Below, in pieces: positions 22,994-32,301 of a stretch of DNA of 39,462 nucleotides. The stretch's first letter is position 1. Each line of letters starts with the position of its first letter. The notes beneath the pieces are model-generated. The model was not told the DNA's origin and made no database searches. It saw nothing but the letters and a program-made list of their open reading frames with translations. A program made the position numbers and the translations under genes. The DNA comes from a virus (lineage: Duplodnaviria; Caudoviricetes), in IMG/VR virus record IMGVR_UViG_3300037483_000650, positions 1 through 39,462 of that record; one strand, given 5' to 3'.

Positions 22994-23811
22994 CGCCGCT
23001 CGCGATCGATCTTTTCTGCGGCCTTGGCGGCTGGACCGATGGTCTGCTCGCCGAGGGTTGGCATGTCATCGGCTTCGACCTCGAGCGGCACGTCTACGGC
23101 GAGCATCGCTATCCGGCGCAGCTTGTCATTCAGGACGTACTCACGCTCGACGGCGCGCAGTTTAGGGATTCCGATCTGATTGTGGCGAGCCCGCCGTGCC
23201 AGGAATACAGCTACATGGCGATGCCGTGGTCGCGCGCGAAGGCGAAGGCGGCGGCGATCCGCGCCGACAGGACTGGCGGGGCTCTCGCCGATCTCAACCG
23301 GCTGTTCGACGCCTGCTTCCGCATCCAGCGCGAGGCGTGCGAGGCCGCGGGCCGGCATATTCCGATGGTGGTGGAGAACGTGCACGGCGCGCAGCCCTGG
23401 GTCGGTCGCGCGCGGTGGAATTTCGGCTCGTTTTACTTGTGGGGCGACGTGCCGGCGCTGATGCCGCCGGCGCACAAAGCGGCCAAGGTGCCTACGATGG
23501 GTGGTTGCTGGTATCCACCGGATCATCCAAAGCACGTTCGTGGTCTCGGTTTCAACACTCACGCCGAGCGTCTGCTTTCTGTTGCTTTTGAAGCGGGCCG
23601 TCGTTCCGACATCGGCAAGGGCGCGCGCTTCACGTCGCGAGACTGCGGCGTCGAGGGACGGAAGAACGGAAACGACTGGTTTGGTTCCGGGGCGGACTGT
23701 TCATTGTCGCCCGCCCGAAAGCGTGCCTCGGCCATGATCGCCATGATTCCACTCCCCCTCAGCCGTCATATTGCGGCGACCTTCCGACCGCGCGGGGCCG
23801 GCAATGGCTGA
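22990..23811 (+). CDS. C5 cytosine DNA methyltransferase-like protein
   Basis: AIDLFCGLGG (motif I), ASPPCQ (motif IV) and VVENV (motif VI). Confidence 0.85.
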   Translation: MTPLAIDLFCGLGGWTDGLLAEGWHVIGFDLERHVYGEHRYPAQLVIQDVLTLDGAQFRDSDLIVASPPCQEYSYMAMPWSRAKAKAAAIRADRTGGALADLNRLFDACFRIQREACEAAGRHIPMVVENVHGAQPWVGRARWNFGSFYLWGDVPALMPPAHKAAKVPTMGGCWYPPDHPKHVRGLGFNTHAERLLSVAFEAGRRSDIGKGARFTSRDCGVEGRKNGNDWFGSGADCSLSPARKRASAMIAMIPLPLSRHIAATFRPRGAGNG

Positions 23812-23962
23812 TCTCCATTACGATCCCTACACGGCAGGCCGGGAGGCGGTCACCACGGCGAGCGAACCGGCGCCGCACGGGATACGGATCGCGACCTCGT
23901 GGGGCCGCGGCTGGTCGCTGGCGGGCGCGGCTGGCGCGCGGCTGGCGCGGTCGCCGGGGTGA
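23804..23962 (+). pseudogene. Remnant of an OmpR/CtrA-type winged-helix protein
   Basis: GIRIATSWGRGWSL resembles the wing motif IxTxWGxGY. The recognition helix is absent. Confidence 0.4.
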
Positions 23963-23966
23963 CGCC

Positions 23967-25091
23967 ATGAGCTGGCAGGCCACGGCATGGGCGGCGGAGC
24001 AGGCCTGCGGCGGGCCGACCGGCAAGCTGCTGCTCTACGCCATCGCCAACTACGCCGACGAGCGCGGCGAGTGCTGGCCGTCGGACGCGCGACTGGCCGC
24101 CGACACCGAGTTGTCGACCCGGTCGATTCAGTCGTGGAAGCAGAAATTCGCCGAACTGGGGCTCGCCGAGATCGAGCCGCGCGGCCATCGCGAGGGGCGC
24201 GCTGCGTTCGACGTGATTCGTCTCAGGCTGGGCGAGCGACCGGAAGGATTTTCCGGTGGTCGATCGGCTGGCGGCGAGGGCGAACGACCGGAAGAATTTT
24301 CCGGTGGTCCGGGGGCCGATTTGGCCGAGCGACCGGAATCTGGTGCAGAACGACCGGAATCTGGTGCAGCGCATAAGGAAGAACCTTCAGGAACCGATTC
24401 CCCCCCGACCCCCCCGGGGGGGACGAACGACGAAACCGGTGACCGGGAGGGGGAGCCTCGATCCATCCATTCGAAGCCTCCCATCACCTTCGACGACGTG
24501 CGCCGGGCCTGGGGACCCGATGATCGGGCCGACTGGGCCAAGGCCGATCTCGCGTTCCACCGCCTCGGCCCCGAGATGAGGGACCTCGCGGCCAAGGCGC
24601 TCGCGGCCTACCGGGCGAAGACGAGGGCGGCGCGCGAGCGCTCGTGGTCGCCGGCGACGGCGCTGAAGCCCGGCAATGTCCAGGAATGGGCGCGGCTCGC
24701 CGACGAGCAGCCGGCGCGCGTCGAGATCGCGGTGTTCGGAAAAATTTGGTGGTGGCTGTTCTGGCGCGGGCTCGGCGGCGAGACCGGAGAGGACGGCCGG
24801 TTCGAGCCGGCGCGGATGCTGGCGGCGAGCCGGACGAGCTGGGGCGCGAAGATGGCGGTGATCCGGGCCGGCGAGATGCCGGGCGAGACCGGGCTCGCCG
24901 CGATGGTCCAGCTCCGCGGCGACGGCGAGGCGTGCCGCGCCTGGCTCGGCCACGCCGAGGCGGGGGCGGCCGGGTGCGCCGGCCGCTGGCCGGCCGGGCT
25001 CGCCGGGATGTGGATCTGGACCCCGGCCGAATGGCCGCCGGACCATGACCGGGCGGCGGCGGAGCCGGCGGCGGCGGGGAGCGGGCGGTGA
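23967..25091 (+). CDS. Replication initiator (HTH_36-type N-terminus)
   Basis: MSWQATAWA...KLLLYAIANYADERGECWPS...LAADTELSTRSI, with an internal repeat-coded linker. Confidence 0.85.
   Translation: MSWQATAWAAEQACGGPTGKLLLYAIANYADERGECWPSDARLAADTELSTRSIQSWKQKFAELGLAEIEPRGHREGRAAFDVIRLRLGERPEGFSGGRSAGGEGERPEEFSGGPGADLAERPESGAERPESGAAHKEEPSGTDSPPTPPGGTNDETGDREGEPRSIHSKPPITFDDVRRAWGPDDRADWAKADLAFHRLGPEMRDLAAKALAAYRAKTRAARERSWSPATALKPGNVQEWARLADEQPARVEIAVFGKIWWWLFWRGLGGETGEDGRFEPARMLAASRTSWGAKMAVIRAGEMPGETGLAAMVQLRGDGEACRAWLGHAEAGAAGCAGRWPAGLAGMWIWTPAEWPPDHDRAAAEPAAAGSGR
24234..24370 (+). repeat. Iterons of the putative replication origin
   Basis: CGACCGGAA at 24237, 24285, 24330 and 24351. The first two are followed by inverted TTCCGGT. 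The last two form a tandem CGACCGGAATCTGGTGCAG with 21-bp period. Confidence 0.8.
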
Positions 25092-25750
25092 CCGTGGCGG
25101 CGCGCAAGCGCGCCCGGCGGGCCCGGCGCCGGGCGGCCGGAGCGGGGCCGGCCAGGGTCGGCTACGACGGCCGGCGCGAGATCGCCGAGGCCGGCGGGCG
25201 CCTGGTCAACGTGCGCCACGACCCGATCGCCCACATGTGGGCGCGCGGGCGGCTGAGCCTGGCCCAGAAGCTGGCGGCCGACGAGGTGCGCGGCCTGGTC
25301 GAGGCGATCGGGCTCGGATCGGTCCGGGCGCTCGACCCGACCCGCGAGAGGGTCGATGTCTCGGGGCGCGGGCACGCGCTCACCGATCGCCAGCTCGCGG
25401 CCGGCCGGCGGCTGGGCGATCTCGCCCGGCGAATCGGCGCCGACGACGCGGCGCTGGTGATTCGGGTCTGCGGCTACGACGAGCCGCTCTATCTGGTCGC
25501 CGCCGACTGGGAGCGCGACGAGGACATGCGCCGCTCGGGCGGGGCGAGCCAGACGACGGCGGTGTCGGTCGGGGCGCGGTTCAAGGAAGCGCTCGACCGG
25601 ACCGCGGTTTTCCTGAGGTTCCTGAGGCCCGAGGAGGTCGGCGGGCGGCGGCTCAGGATCCTCGGGGCGATGGCGCCGGGCGCCCGGCCGGCGCTCGATC
25701 TGGTGCTCGAGGTGGCGTGCGAGGCCGACGCCGGCGGCGGCCGGGCTTGA
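25088..25750 (+). CDS. Putative late-gene regulator (Q-position protein)
   Basis: DPIAHMWARGRL...RALDPTRERVDVSG. Last early gene, ending at a strong promoter. Confidence 0.55.
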   Translation: MTVAARKRARRARRRAAGAGPARVGYDGRREIAEAGGRLVNVRHDPIAHMWARGRLSLAQKLAADEVRGLVEAIGLGSVRALDPTRERVDVSGRGHALTDRQLAAGRRLGDLARRIGADDAALVIRVCGYDEPLYLVAADWERDEDMRRSGGASQTTAVSVGARFKEALDRTAVFLRFLRPEEVGGRRLRILGAMAPGARPALDLVLEVACEADAGGGRA

Positions 25751-25828
25751 CATCAGGGTTAAGTTGGGTATAGGGCTTTCGGCCGTGATGGATTGCCGCG
25801 CCCGGACGGGGAGACCCGAGCCGGGCGC
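25747..25828 (+). promoter_or_regulatory. Late promoter and leader hairpin
   Basis: TTGACA-16 nt-TATAGG. Hairpin gcgcccgg..cggg-GAGA-cccg..ccgggcgc at 25798-25828. Confidence 0.65.
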
Positions 25829-25852
25829 TGGCGTTTCGGGAGGGGCGGCCGG

Positions 25853-26440
25853 ATGGTCTATCGGGTCGGCACGACCATCAGGCAATTCAGGCGCCGACTG
25901 ACCGCGATCCAGCGGCGGCAGCTTCCCTTTGCCACGGCGCTCGCGCTGACGGCGACGGCGAAAGATGTGCAGCGCAACGTCGAGAAGGTGATCGACCGCC
26001 GCTTTGACCGGCCGACGTTATTCACCCGGCGGGCGATCGGGATCACCGCGGCGCGAAAGACGCGGCTCATCGCCTCTGTGTTCGTCAAGCGCATCCAGGC
26101 GCAGTATCTCGCGGTGCAGGAAACCGGCGGTGAGCGACGACCGAGGGGTCGGGCGCTCGTTCTGCCGGCCGCGGCCAGGCTCAACCGCTACGGCAACCTC
26201 CCGAGGGGCGCGGTTCGCCGTCTGCTGGGCCGGCCGGATACATTCTCCGGAACGGTCCGTGGGATCGCGGGCATCTGGCAGCGACGGGGCAGGTCCGTGA
26301 GCCTGGTCGTGGCGTATGAGCCGAAAGCGAGATATCGCCCGCGCCTGGGCTTCATGGATACGGCGCGCAAGACCGCTCGGGCCCGATTCCCGATCCAGAT
26401 GCGCCGCGCGCTCGAACGCGCTCTGGCGACCGCCAGATAG
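25853..26440 (+). CDS. Tail completion (gpZ-like) protein
   Basis: RQLPFATALALTATAK...FDRPTLFTRRA. Very basic. Sits just upstream of cos. Confidence 0.7.
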   Translation: MVYRVGTTIRQFRRRLTAIQRRQLPFATALALTATAKDVQRNVEKVIDRRFDRPTLFTRRAIGITAARKTRLIASVFVKRIQAQYLAVQETGGERRPRGRALVLPAAARLNRYGNLPRGAVRRLLGRPDTFSGTVRGIAGIWQRRGRSVSLVVAYEPKARYRPRLGFMDTARKTARARFPIQMRRALERALATAR

Positions 26441-26443
26441 TTT

Positions 26444-26560
26444 GGGTCCTTCCGCCGAGGCGAAAGCCCACGGGTCGTTCGCGGCGCCGGCATTCGATAG
26501 CGATCAGGTTTTCGAACGAGGTTGACGTGGCTGACGGGGTGACGGCCGACGGTTGACGGG
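26444..26560 (+). other. Putative lambda-like cos region
   Basis: GGGTCCT, identical to lambda cosQ, at 26444. A GC-rich candidate cosN lies about 21 nt later. Clustered TGACG/CGACG repeats at 26520-26560 precede terS. Confidence 0.6.
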
Positions 26561-26568
26561 GTGTGTCG

Positions 26569-27099
26569 ATGATCGGAACCCAGGCTGAATACGCCCGCCA
26601 CGCCGGCATCACACGCCAGGCCGTGCACAAGCTCAAGGGGCTGGGCAGGATTCCCGTCCGCGACGATGGCCGGATCGACTTCGCGGAGGCCGATCACGCC
26701 CGGCGGTCGAACGGCGATCCGGCGCGGCGGATGGCGAACGGCGCCGCCGCGAATGCCGGGCCGGATGCCGGAGGTAACCACGAACAGCACAGTTTCAGCC
26801 AGGCGAGAACCGAACGCGAGCTGTTCAACGTCCAACTGGCCAAGCTCGCCCTCGAGGAACGGCTCGGGGCTCTGTTGCCGCGCCAGGCCATCGAGGAGGG
26901 AATGGTGGAGTGCGGGCGGATCATTCGCCGGTCGATCGACGCGCTGGTCGCACAGTCCGATGAAATCGCCTCGATCGCGCGATCGGGCGGCACCGACGCG
27001 GTGCGCCAGTTACTGCGCAAGCGGGTGCGCGAGATCGAGCAGTCGGCCGTCGATGCCATGACGAGCAGACTTCAGGAAATCATGGATGATCGCCGCTGA
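26569..27099 (+). CDS. terS: Terminase small subunit (Nu1-like)
   Basis: TQAEYARHAGITRQAV winged HTH and ARTERE...AKLALEERLGALL coiled coil. Confidence 0.85.
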   Translation: MIGTQAEYARHAGITRQAVHKLKGLGRIPVRDDGRIDFAEADHARRSNGDPARRMANGAAANAGPDAGGNHEQHSFSQARTERELFNVQLAKLALEERLGALLPRQAIEEGMVECGRIIRRSIDALVAQSDEIASIARSGGTDAVRQLLRKRVREIEQSAVDAMTSRLQEIMDDRR

Positions 27100-29041
27100 A
27101 ACAGGCATCGCCGCCGTGCTGAAGGCGCTCGCCACCGGACTCGCTCCCGACCGGATCGTCTCGACGGTGGTCTGGGCGTCGGCAAATTTCATTGTGCCGG
27201 ACGGTCCGTATGTCGGGGAAAAATGGAATCCACAGCACGCGCCATATCTAGCACCGATCCTCGATGCGATCGACGACGAGACGACGACGGTGGTATCGGT
27301 GCGCAAGTCGGCGCAGACGGGCTTCACCACGGCGGCGATGGCCTGGCTCGGCAAGAACATCGTGACCGCACCGTCGCGCGACATGGTGATTTTTCCGACG
27401 ATCAACTCGGCGCAGGACTTCAACAGGGAGAAGCTGTCGCCGGCAATCGATGCCACGCCCGAGCTCCAGCGACGAGTGCGCGAGCAGACCTCGCGGTCGG
27501 CGCGGGGCTCGACGCTGCTGTCCAAGGTCTATCCTGGTGGGCTCTGCACGCTGACGGGCGCCAACTCGACCGCCGATCTGCGCTCGAAGACGACCAGGCG
27601 TCACTTTCGCGACGAGATCGACGACTGGCCGGATGATCTCGATGGCCAGGGCGATCCCTACGGCATGGCCGACGCGCGCCAGATCGCGTTCCACGCCACG
27701 GGTGACTGGAAGGTGTTCGAGGGATCGACGCCGACGATCAAGGGCGGCTCGCGGATCGACGCGCAATTCGACGCCGGCGACCAACGCTTTTTCGAGGTCC
27801 CCTGTCCACATTGCGGCGAGTTTCAAAGACTGGTGTTCGGAACCGCAGAGACCCGGTTCGGACTCAAGTTCAACCGCGAGTTCCCGTACGAGGCGTACTA
27901 CATCTGCCGCCACAATGGCTGCGTCATCGAGCACCACGAAAAGCGGGCGATGGTGGGCAGGGGCCGTTTCGTCGCCCAAGCTTTCGGGCCGGGCCGGCAT
28001 CCCTCTTTCCACGTCGACGCGTTGATCTCGCTGCTGACGACATGGGACTCGATCGCCAAGGCGTTTTTAAACGCCAAGGGCAACCCGCTGAAGCTCAAGT
28101 CGTTCGTCAACCTGTGGCTGGGCGAGAGCTGGGAAGAGCGCGGCGAGGCCCCGGACCACAAGCGGCTGATGGCGCGTCGGGACGATTACGCGCCGCGGAC
28201 GATCCCGCCCGGGGCCGTGGTCATCACCGGCGCCGCCGATGTGCAGACCGACGGGATTTATTACGAGATCGTCGCCTGGGGAGTGGCGCTCGAAAGCTGG
28301 TCGATCGATGCGGGCTTCCTGCCGGGCTCAACGGCCTCCCGCTCGGAGCCGGTATGGCGGGCCCTCGACGAGGTTCATGACCGCAGGTACGCCGATGCCT
28401 ATGGCCAGATGTGGCCGGCCGACGTGTTCGCGGTCGATGCCGGGTTCCACGCTCATGTCGTCTATGACTGGTGCCGGCGCAGGCCGAGGGCGCGGGCGAT
28501 CAAGGGCGTCGACGGGTGGTACAAGCCGCCGATCTCCTCGGAGCCCCGGGCGCAGGACATCTCGTATGGCGGCCGGAAGCTCAAGCGCGGGGCGCGGTTG
28601 TGGCAGATCGGCGTGTGGCCGTTGAAGTCGGCGCTCTACGCCAACCTGCGCAAGGAGGGAAAACGGGATGGTGCCGAGGTGGACCCTCCGGGGTTCTGCC
28701 ATTTCACCGACCGGCTGCATGACGAGTTGTTTTTCCGCCAGCTCACGGCGGAATATCTCGCCGACCGCGAGGTGAGCGGCCGCAAGGTGAAGCGATGGCT
28801 GGCGATCGGCCCCAACCATTTCCACGACTGCCGTATCTACAACATGGCGATGGCCGAACATCTCCAGCTCGGATCGCTCGATACCGACGGCTGGCGCCGG
28901 CTCGCGGCGCGGCGCGGCGTGCCCGAACCCGACCAGGTCGATCTGTTCCGGCCCGACGTTTCGGGCCAAGCCGCCACTGGCGCGTTGCCGGCGGCGCCGG
29001 CACGGCGCCGGGTGCGCCGAGTGTTGAGAGGGAGGTCCTGA
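27086..29041 (+). CDS. terL: Terminase large subunit, lambda GpA family
   Basis: KSAQTGFT, DEIDDWP, STPTIKG, DQR...PCPHC and NHFHDCRIY motifs. Confidence 0.97.
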   Translation: MIAAETGIAAVLKALATGLAPDRIVSTVVWASANFIVPDGPYVGEKWNPQHAPYLAPILDAIDDETTTVVSVRKSAQTGFTTAAMAWLGKNIVTAPSRDMVIFPTINSAQDFNREKLSPAIDATPELQRRVREQTSRSARGSTLLSKVYPGGLCTLTGANSTADLRSKTTRRHFRDEIDDWPDDLDGQGDPYGMADARQIAFHATGDWKVFEGSTPTIKGGSRIDAQFDAGDQRFFEVPCPHCGEFQRLVFGTAETRFGLKFNREFPYEAYYICRHNGCVIEHHEKRAMVGRGRFVAQAFGPGRHPSFHVDALISLLTTWDSIAKAFLNAKGNPLKLKSFVNLWLGESWEERGEAPDHKRLMARRDDYAPRTIPPGAVVITGAADVQTDGIYYEIVAWGVALESWSIDAGFLPGSTASRSEPVWRALDEVHDRRYADAYGQMWPADVFAVDAGFHAHVVYDWCRRRPRARAIKGVDGWYKPPISSEPRAQDISYGGRKLKRGARLWQIGVWPLKSALYANLRKEGKRDGAEVDPPGFCHFTDRLHDELFFRQLTAEYLADREVSGRKVKRWLAIGPNHFHDCRIYNMAMAEHLQLGSLDTDGWRRLAARRGVPEPDQVDLFRPDVSGQAATGALPAAPARRRVRRVLRGRS

Positions 29042-29044
29042 TCG

Positions 29045-29260
29045 ATGGCGGGCATCACCGTGGCGCAGGCGCAGGCACAACTCGACGCCTGGCTCGCGGC
29101 GTCGATCGCGGTCGCCGGCAACCAGTCCTACACCATCGGAGACCGGACACTGACGCGGGCGAACGCGGCGTGGATCGAGAACATGATCACCTACTGGCAG
29201 CGGCAGGTCGACCGGCTGACGCCGAAGGCGCGCGGGCGCACAAGGTTCGTGGTGAGCTGA
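29045..29260 (+). CDS. Head-tail adaptor (gpW-like)
   Basis: QSYTIGDRTLTRAN motif. Between terL and portal. Confidence 0.85.
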   Translation: MAGITVAQAQAQLDAWLAASIAVAGNQSYTIGDRTLTRANAAWIENMITYWQRQVDRLTPKARGRTRFVVS

Positions 29261-30873
29261 TGGCGAAGGCTGTCATCGAGCCGTCCTGGCTGGACCGTGT
29301 CATTGCCTCGGTGGCGCCGGCGACGGCGACGCAGCGGCTCAGATCGCGCGCGGTCTGGTCGCTGACGACCGGACAGGGCGGATATCATGGCGGCCGGCGT
29401 GACCGCCGTCCGACGCGGGGCTGGCGGCCGCAGCCGGAGAGCGCGAACGCGGCCATCCTGCCCGATCTGCCGGACCTCAGGGCGCGGTCCCGGGACCTCG
29501 AGCGCAACGTGCCGATCGCGACCGGAGCGGTCGCGACCTCGGTCACCGCGATCGTCGGCGACGGGGTGCGGGTGTACCCGGCTTGTGATCACGAGTTTCT
29601 CGGCCTCAGCCGCGAGGACGGGCGGGACTGGAACCGGGCGGCGCTTCGGGAATTCATGCTGGCGGCGGCGACCGTCGACTGGACACGGGTGCAGTCGTTC
29701 GACGAGCTGCAGGCGCTGGCGCTCGGCGCCACCCTGTCATCGGGCGATTGCCTGGTGGTGCGCCGGTATCGCAGCGACCCGGGGGACGTCTACGGTCTCA
29801 AGCTCCAGCTCATCGAGGCGGACCGGGTGTCCAACCCGGGCTTCACCGCCGACAGCGAGACAATGGCCGGCGGCGTCGAGCACGACGACACCGGCGTGCC
29901 GGTCGCCTTCCATGTGTCGGCGCATCATCCAGGGGCCCTCTCCGGCGCTGGCCGTGGACCATGGGTCAGGGTGCCGGTTCGTGACGCCGCCGGCGAGGTC
30001 CAGGTGCTCCATCTGTTGCAGCGCCTGAGGCCAGACCAGGCGCGGGGCGTGCCGTACCTCGCCCCGGTCATCGACATGGTCAAGCAACTCGGCGACTACA
30101 CCGACGCCGAGGTTCGCGCCGCGGTGATCGCCGCGTTCCTGGCGCTGTTCGTCACCCGGTCCGACGCGGACAGCGACGTGAAGTCGCCGATCGTCGGGAC
30201 CGAGGACAGCGCCGATGGTGTCGGGGACACCGCCAAGGAGATCGGGCTGCCGGAGGGCGGCGCCATGGTCGATCTTCTTCCCGGGGAGTCGATCCAGTCT
30301 CCGATTCCGGGCCGGCCGAACGAAAAGTTCGACCCATTCGTGCAGTCACTTTTGCGGCAAATCGGCGTCGCGCTCGAGCTGCCCTACGAGCTCCTGATCA
30401 AGCACTTCGCGGCGTCGTATTCGGCCAGCCGCGCCGCGCTCGAGCTGGCCTATCAGACCTTTCGGCGCCGGCGTCAATGGCTGGTCCGTCGATTCAACCA
30501 GCCGGTGTACGAGTGGGTGATCGACGAGGCGGTCGCCCGCGGCCGGCTCGCAGCGCCCGGTTATTTTTCCGACCCGGCGATACGGGCCGCCTACGTCCAT
30601 GCCGACTGGATCGGACAGCCGCGGTTCTCGATCGACCCGCTCAAGGACGCCAACGCCGACCGGATCGACATCGAGACCGGGGTCAAGACGCGCCAGCAGG
30701 TGTGCGTCGAGCGCACCGGCGGCGACTACGACTCCAAGCACGGCGAACTCGCCGACGAGGAGCGCCGCCGGCGCGAGGACGGTCTCGGCACGGGCGGCTC
30801 GGCGATCGCCGATGACACTGACGATGCCGATCCGGCGGAAGACCCAGACGAGGAAGAGGACGACGAGACATGA
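29260..30873 (+). CDS. Portal protein, lambda family
   Basis: LRARSRDLERN, LQLIEADR, QARGVPYLAPV, SYSASRAAL and IDPLKD motifs. Confidence 0.97.
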   Translation: MAKAVIEPSWLDRVIASVAPATATQRLRSRAVWSLTTGQGGYHGGRRDRRPTRGWRPQPESANAAILPDLPDLRARSRDLERNVPIATGAVATSVTAIVGDGVRVYPACDHEFLGLSREDGRDWNRAALREFMLAAATVDWTRVQSFDELQALALGATLSSGDCLVVRRYRSDPGDVYGLKLQLIEADRVSNPGFTADSETMAGGVEHDDTGVPVAFHVSAHHPGALSGAGRGPWVRVPVRDAAGEVQVLHLLQRLRPDQARGVPYLAPVIDMVKQLGDYTDAEVRAAVIAAFLALFVTRSDADSDVKSPIVGTEDSADGVGDTAKEIGLPEGGAMVDLLPGESIQSPIPGRPNEKFDPFVQSLLRQIGVALELPYELLIKHFAASYSASRAALELAYQTFRRRRQWLVRRFNQPVYEWVIDEAVARGRLAAPGYFSDPAIRAAYVHADWIGQPRFSIDPLKDANADRIDIETGVKTRQQVCVERTGGDYDSKHGELADEERRRREDGLGTGGSAIADDTDDADPAEDPDEEEDDET

Positions 30874-32222
30874 GGGGCTTCGACCTGTGGGCGATCCGGC
30901 GAGAGGCGCTGCCGGCGGCGGTCAACGCCGACCCGCGCGCGGCGATGGCCGGGCGGCGGGGGGGTGATCGGCTCATCGACGGCTCGTTCGCGCGGGTGAT
31001 CGACGGCGTGGCGGTGATCCCGGTGCTGGGGCCGCTCATGAACCGGATGAATCTGTTTTACTGGTCTTACGGCGAGATCGAGCGCGACTTCACCGCGGCG
31101 CTGGCCGACGAGCGGGTGCGCGGCATCCTCCTCGACATCGACTCGCCGGGGGGCCTGGTCGCCGGCGTCGACGAGCTGTCGTCGCTGATCCGGGGCTCGC
31201 GCGGCGCGAAGCCGACCGTCGCCCATGTCGGCGGGTTGGGCGCCTCGGCGGCCTATTACGTGGCCTCGGCGGCCGACGAGGTGGTGGCGTCGCGCGGCGC
31301 GGTCGTCGGCTCGATCGGCACGCTGATCCGATACATGGACATCGAGGGAATCTTCGTCCGCATGGGCGCCCGCATCGTCGAGGTGGTGGCAACGCAGTCG
31401 CCCTCCAAAGTGCTGGATCCGGACTCGGAGGAGGGCCGGGCGGAGATGCAGTCGATCGTCGACGAGATGGCCGACAACTTCATCGCCGATCTGGCGGCGA
31501 ATCGCGGTGTGAGCCCGGAGACGGTCCTCCGCGATTATGGGCAGGGTCTGGTTTTTCCGGCGCGGCAGGCGCTCGAGCGCGGCCTCGTCGACCGGGTCGC
31601 CGGGTTCAACGAGATTCTGGCGGAGCTGACGGGCCGCCGGACCGAGGCAAACGGGCCGGAGGCCGTCGCCGCGCCCACCACATCGAAGGATCATGTCATG
31701 GACTGGTTGGACATCGACGTGGCCGGGCTCGCGCAGAACCGGCCCGACATCGTCAAGGCCATTGGCGAGCGCGCCGTCGAGGCGGCCGGCGCGGGCAACG
31801 AGAAGGCGATCGCGGAGGCGCGGCGCGAGGGCGCGGACGGCGAACGGGCGCGCATCCTGGCGCTCGAGGAGGCGGCGCCGGACGGATATGACGACCTGGT
31901 GGCGGCGGCCAAGGCCGATCCCGGGCAGACGGCCGAGACGCTCGCGGTCGCCATCCTGAAGAAGCAGAAGCAGGATGGGGCGCAGCATCTCGAGCAGCGG
32001 GCCAAGGCGTCCGACGAACTCAACGACCTCAAGAGCAGGGCCTCGGCAACCGGCGATGCCGGGGCGGCGGCGGTGCCGCAGACCGAGGACGGATGGAAGG
32101 CCGAGTGGGCGGCGAGCGAAAAGCTCAGGGCCGAGTATGTGAATGCCGCGGACTATATCGCGTACCGCAAGGCCGAGGCCCGCGGCGGCGTGAAGATTCT
32201 CACCGGACGCGCGGCCGCCTGA
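30870..32222 (+). CDS. S49 head maturation protease with a C-terminal scaffold region
   Basis: LDIDSPGG, ASAAYYVAS and VGSIG motifs. Possible nested start at 31698. Confidence 0.93.
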   Translation: MRGFDLWAIRREALPAAVNADPRAAMAGRRGGDRLIDGSFARVIDGVAVIPVLGPLMNRMNLFYWSYGEIERDFTAALADERVRGILLDIDSPGGLVAGVDELSSLIRGSRGAKPTVAHVGGLGASAAYYVASAADEVVASRGAVVGSIGTLIRYMDIEGIFVRMGARIVEVVATQSPSKVLDPDSEEGRAEMQSIVDEMADNFIADLAANRGVSPETVLRDYGQGLVFPARQALERGLVDRVAGFNEILAELTGRRTEANGPEAVAAPTTSKDHVMDWLDIDVAGLAQNRPDIVKAIGERAVEAAGAGNEKAIAEARREGADGERARILALEEAAPDGYDDLVAAAKADPGQTAETLAVAILKKQKQDGAQHLEQRAKASDELNDLKSRASATGDAGAAAVPQTEDGWKAEWAASEKLRAEYVNAADYIAYRKAEARGGVKILTGRAAA

Positions 32223-32301
32223 CCGGTCCAACATTCAGCTTTTCCCGATGACGGCGCCCGGCGGGCGCCGTTCCGTTCGAACCACAGGGGAGACATCCCA
32301 A

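Noticed and set aside
25747-25775. CtrA box in the late promoter
   Set aside because: Only one TTAA half-site is present, with no TTAA-N7-TTAA on either strand.
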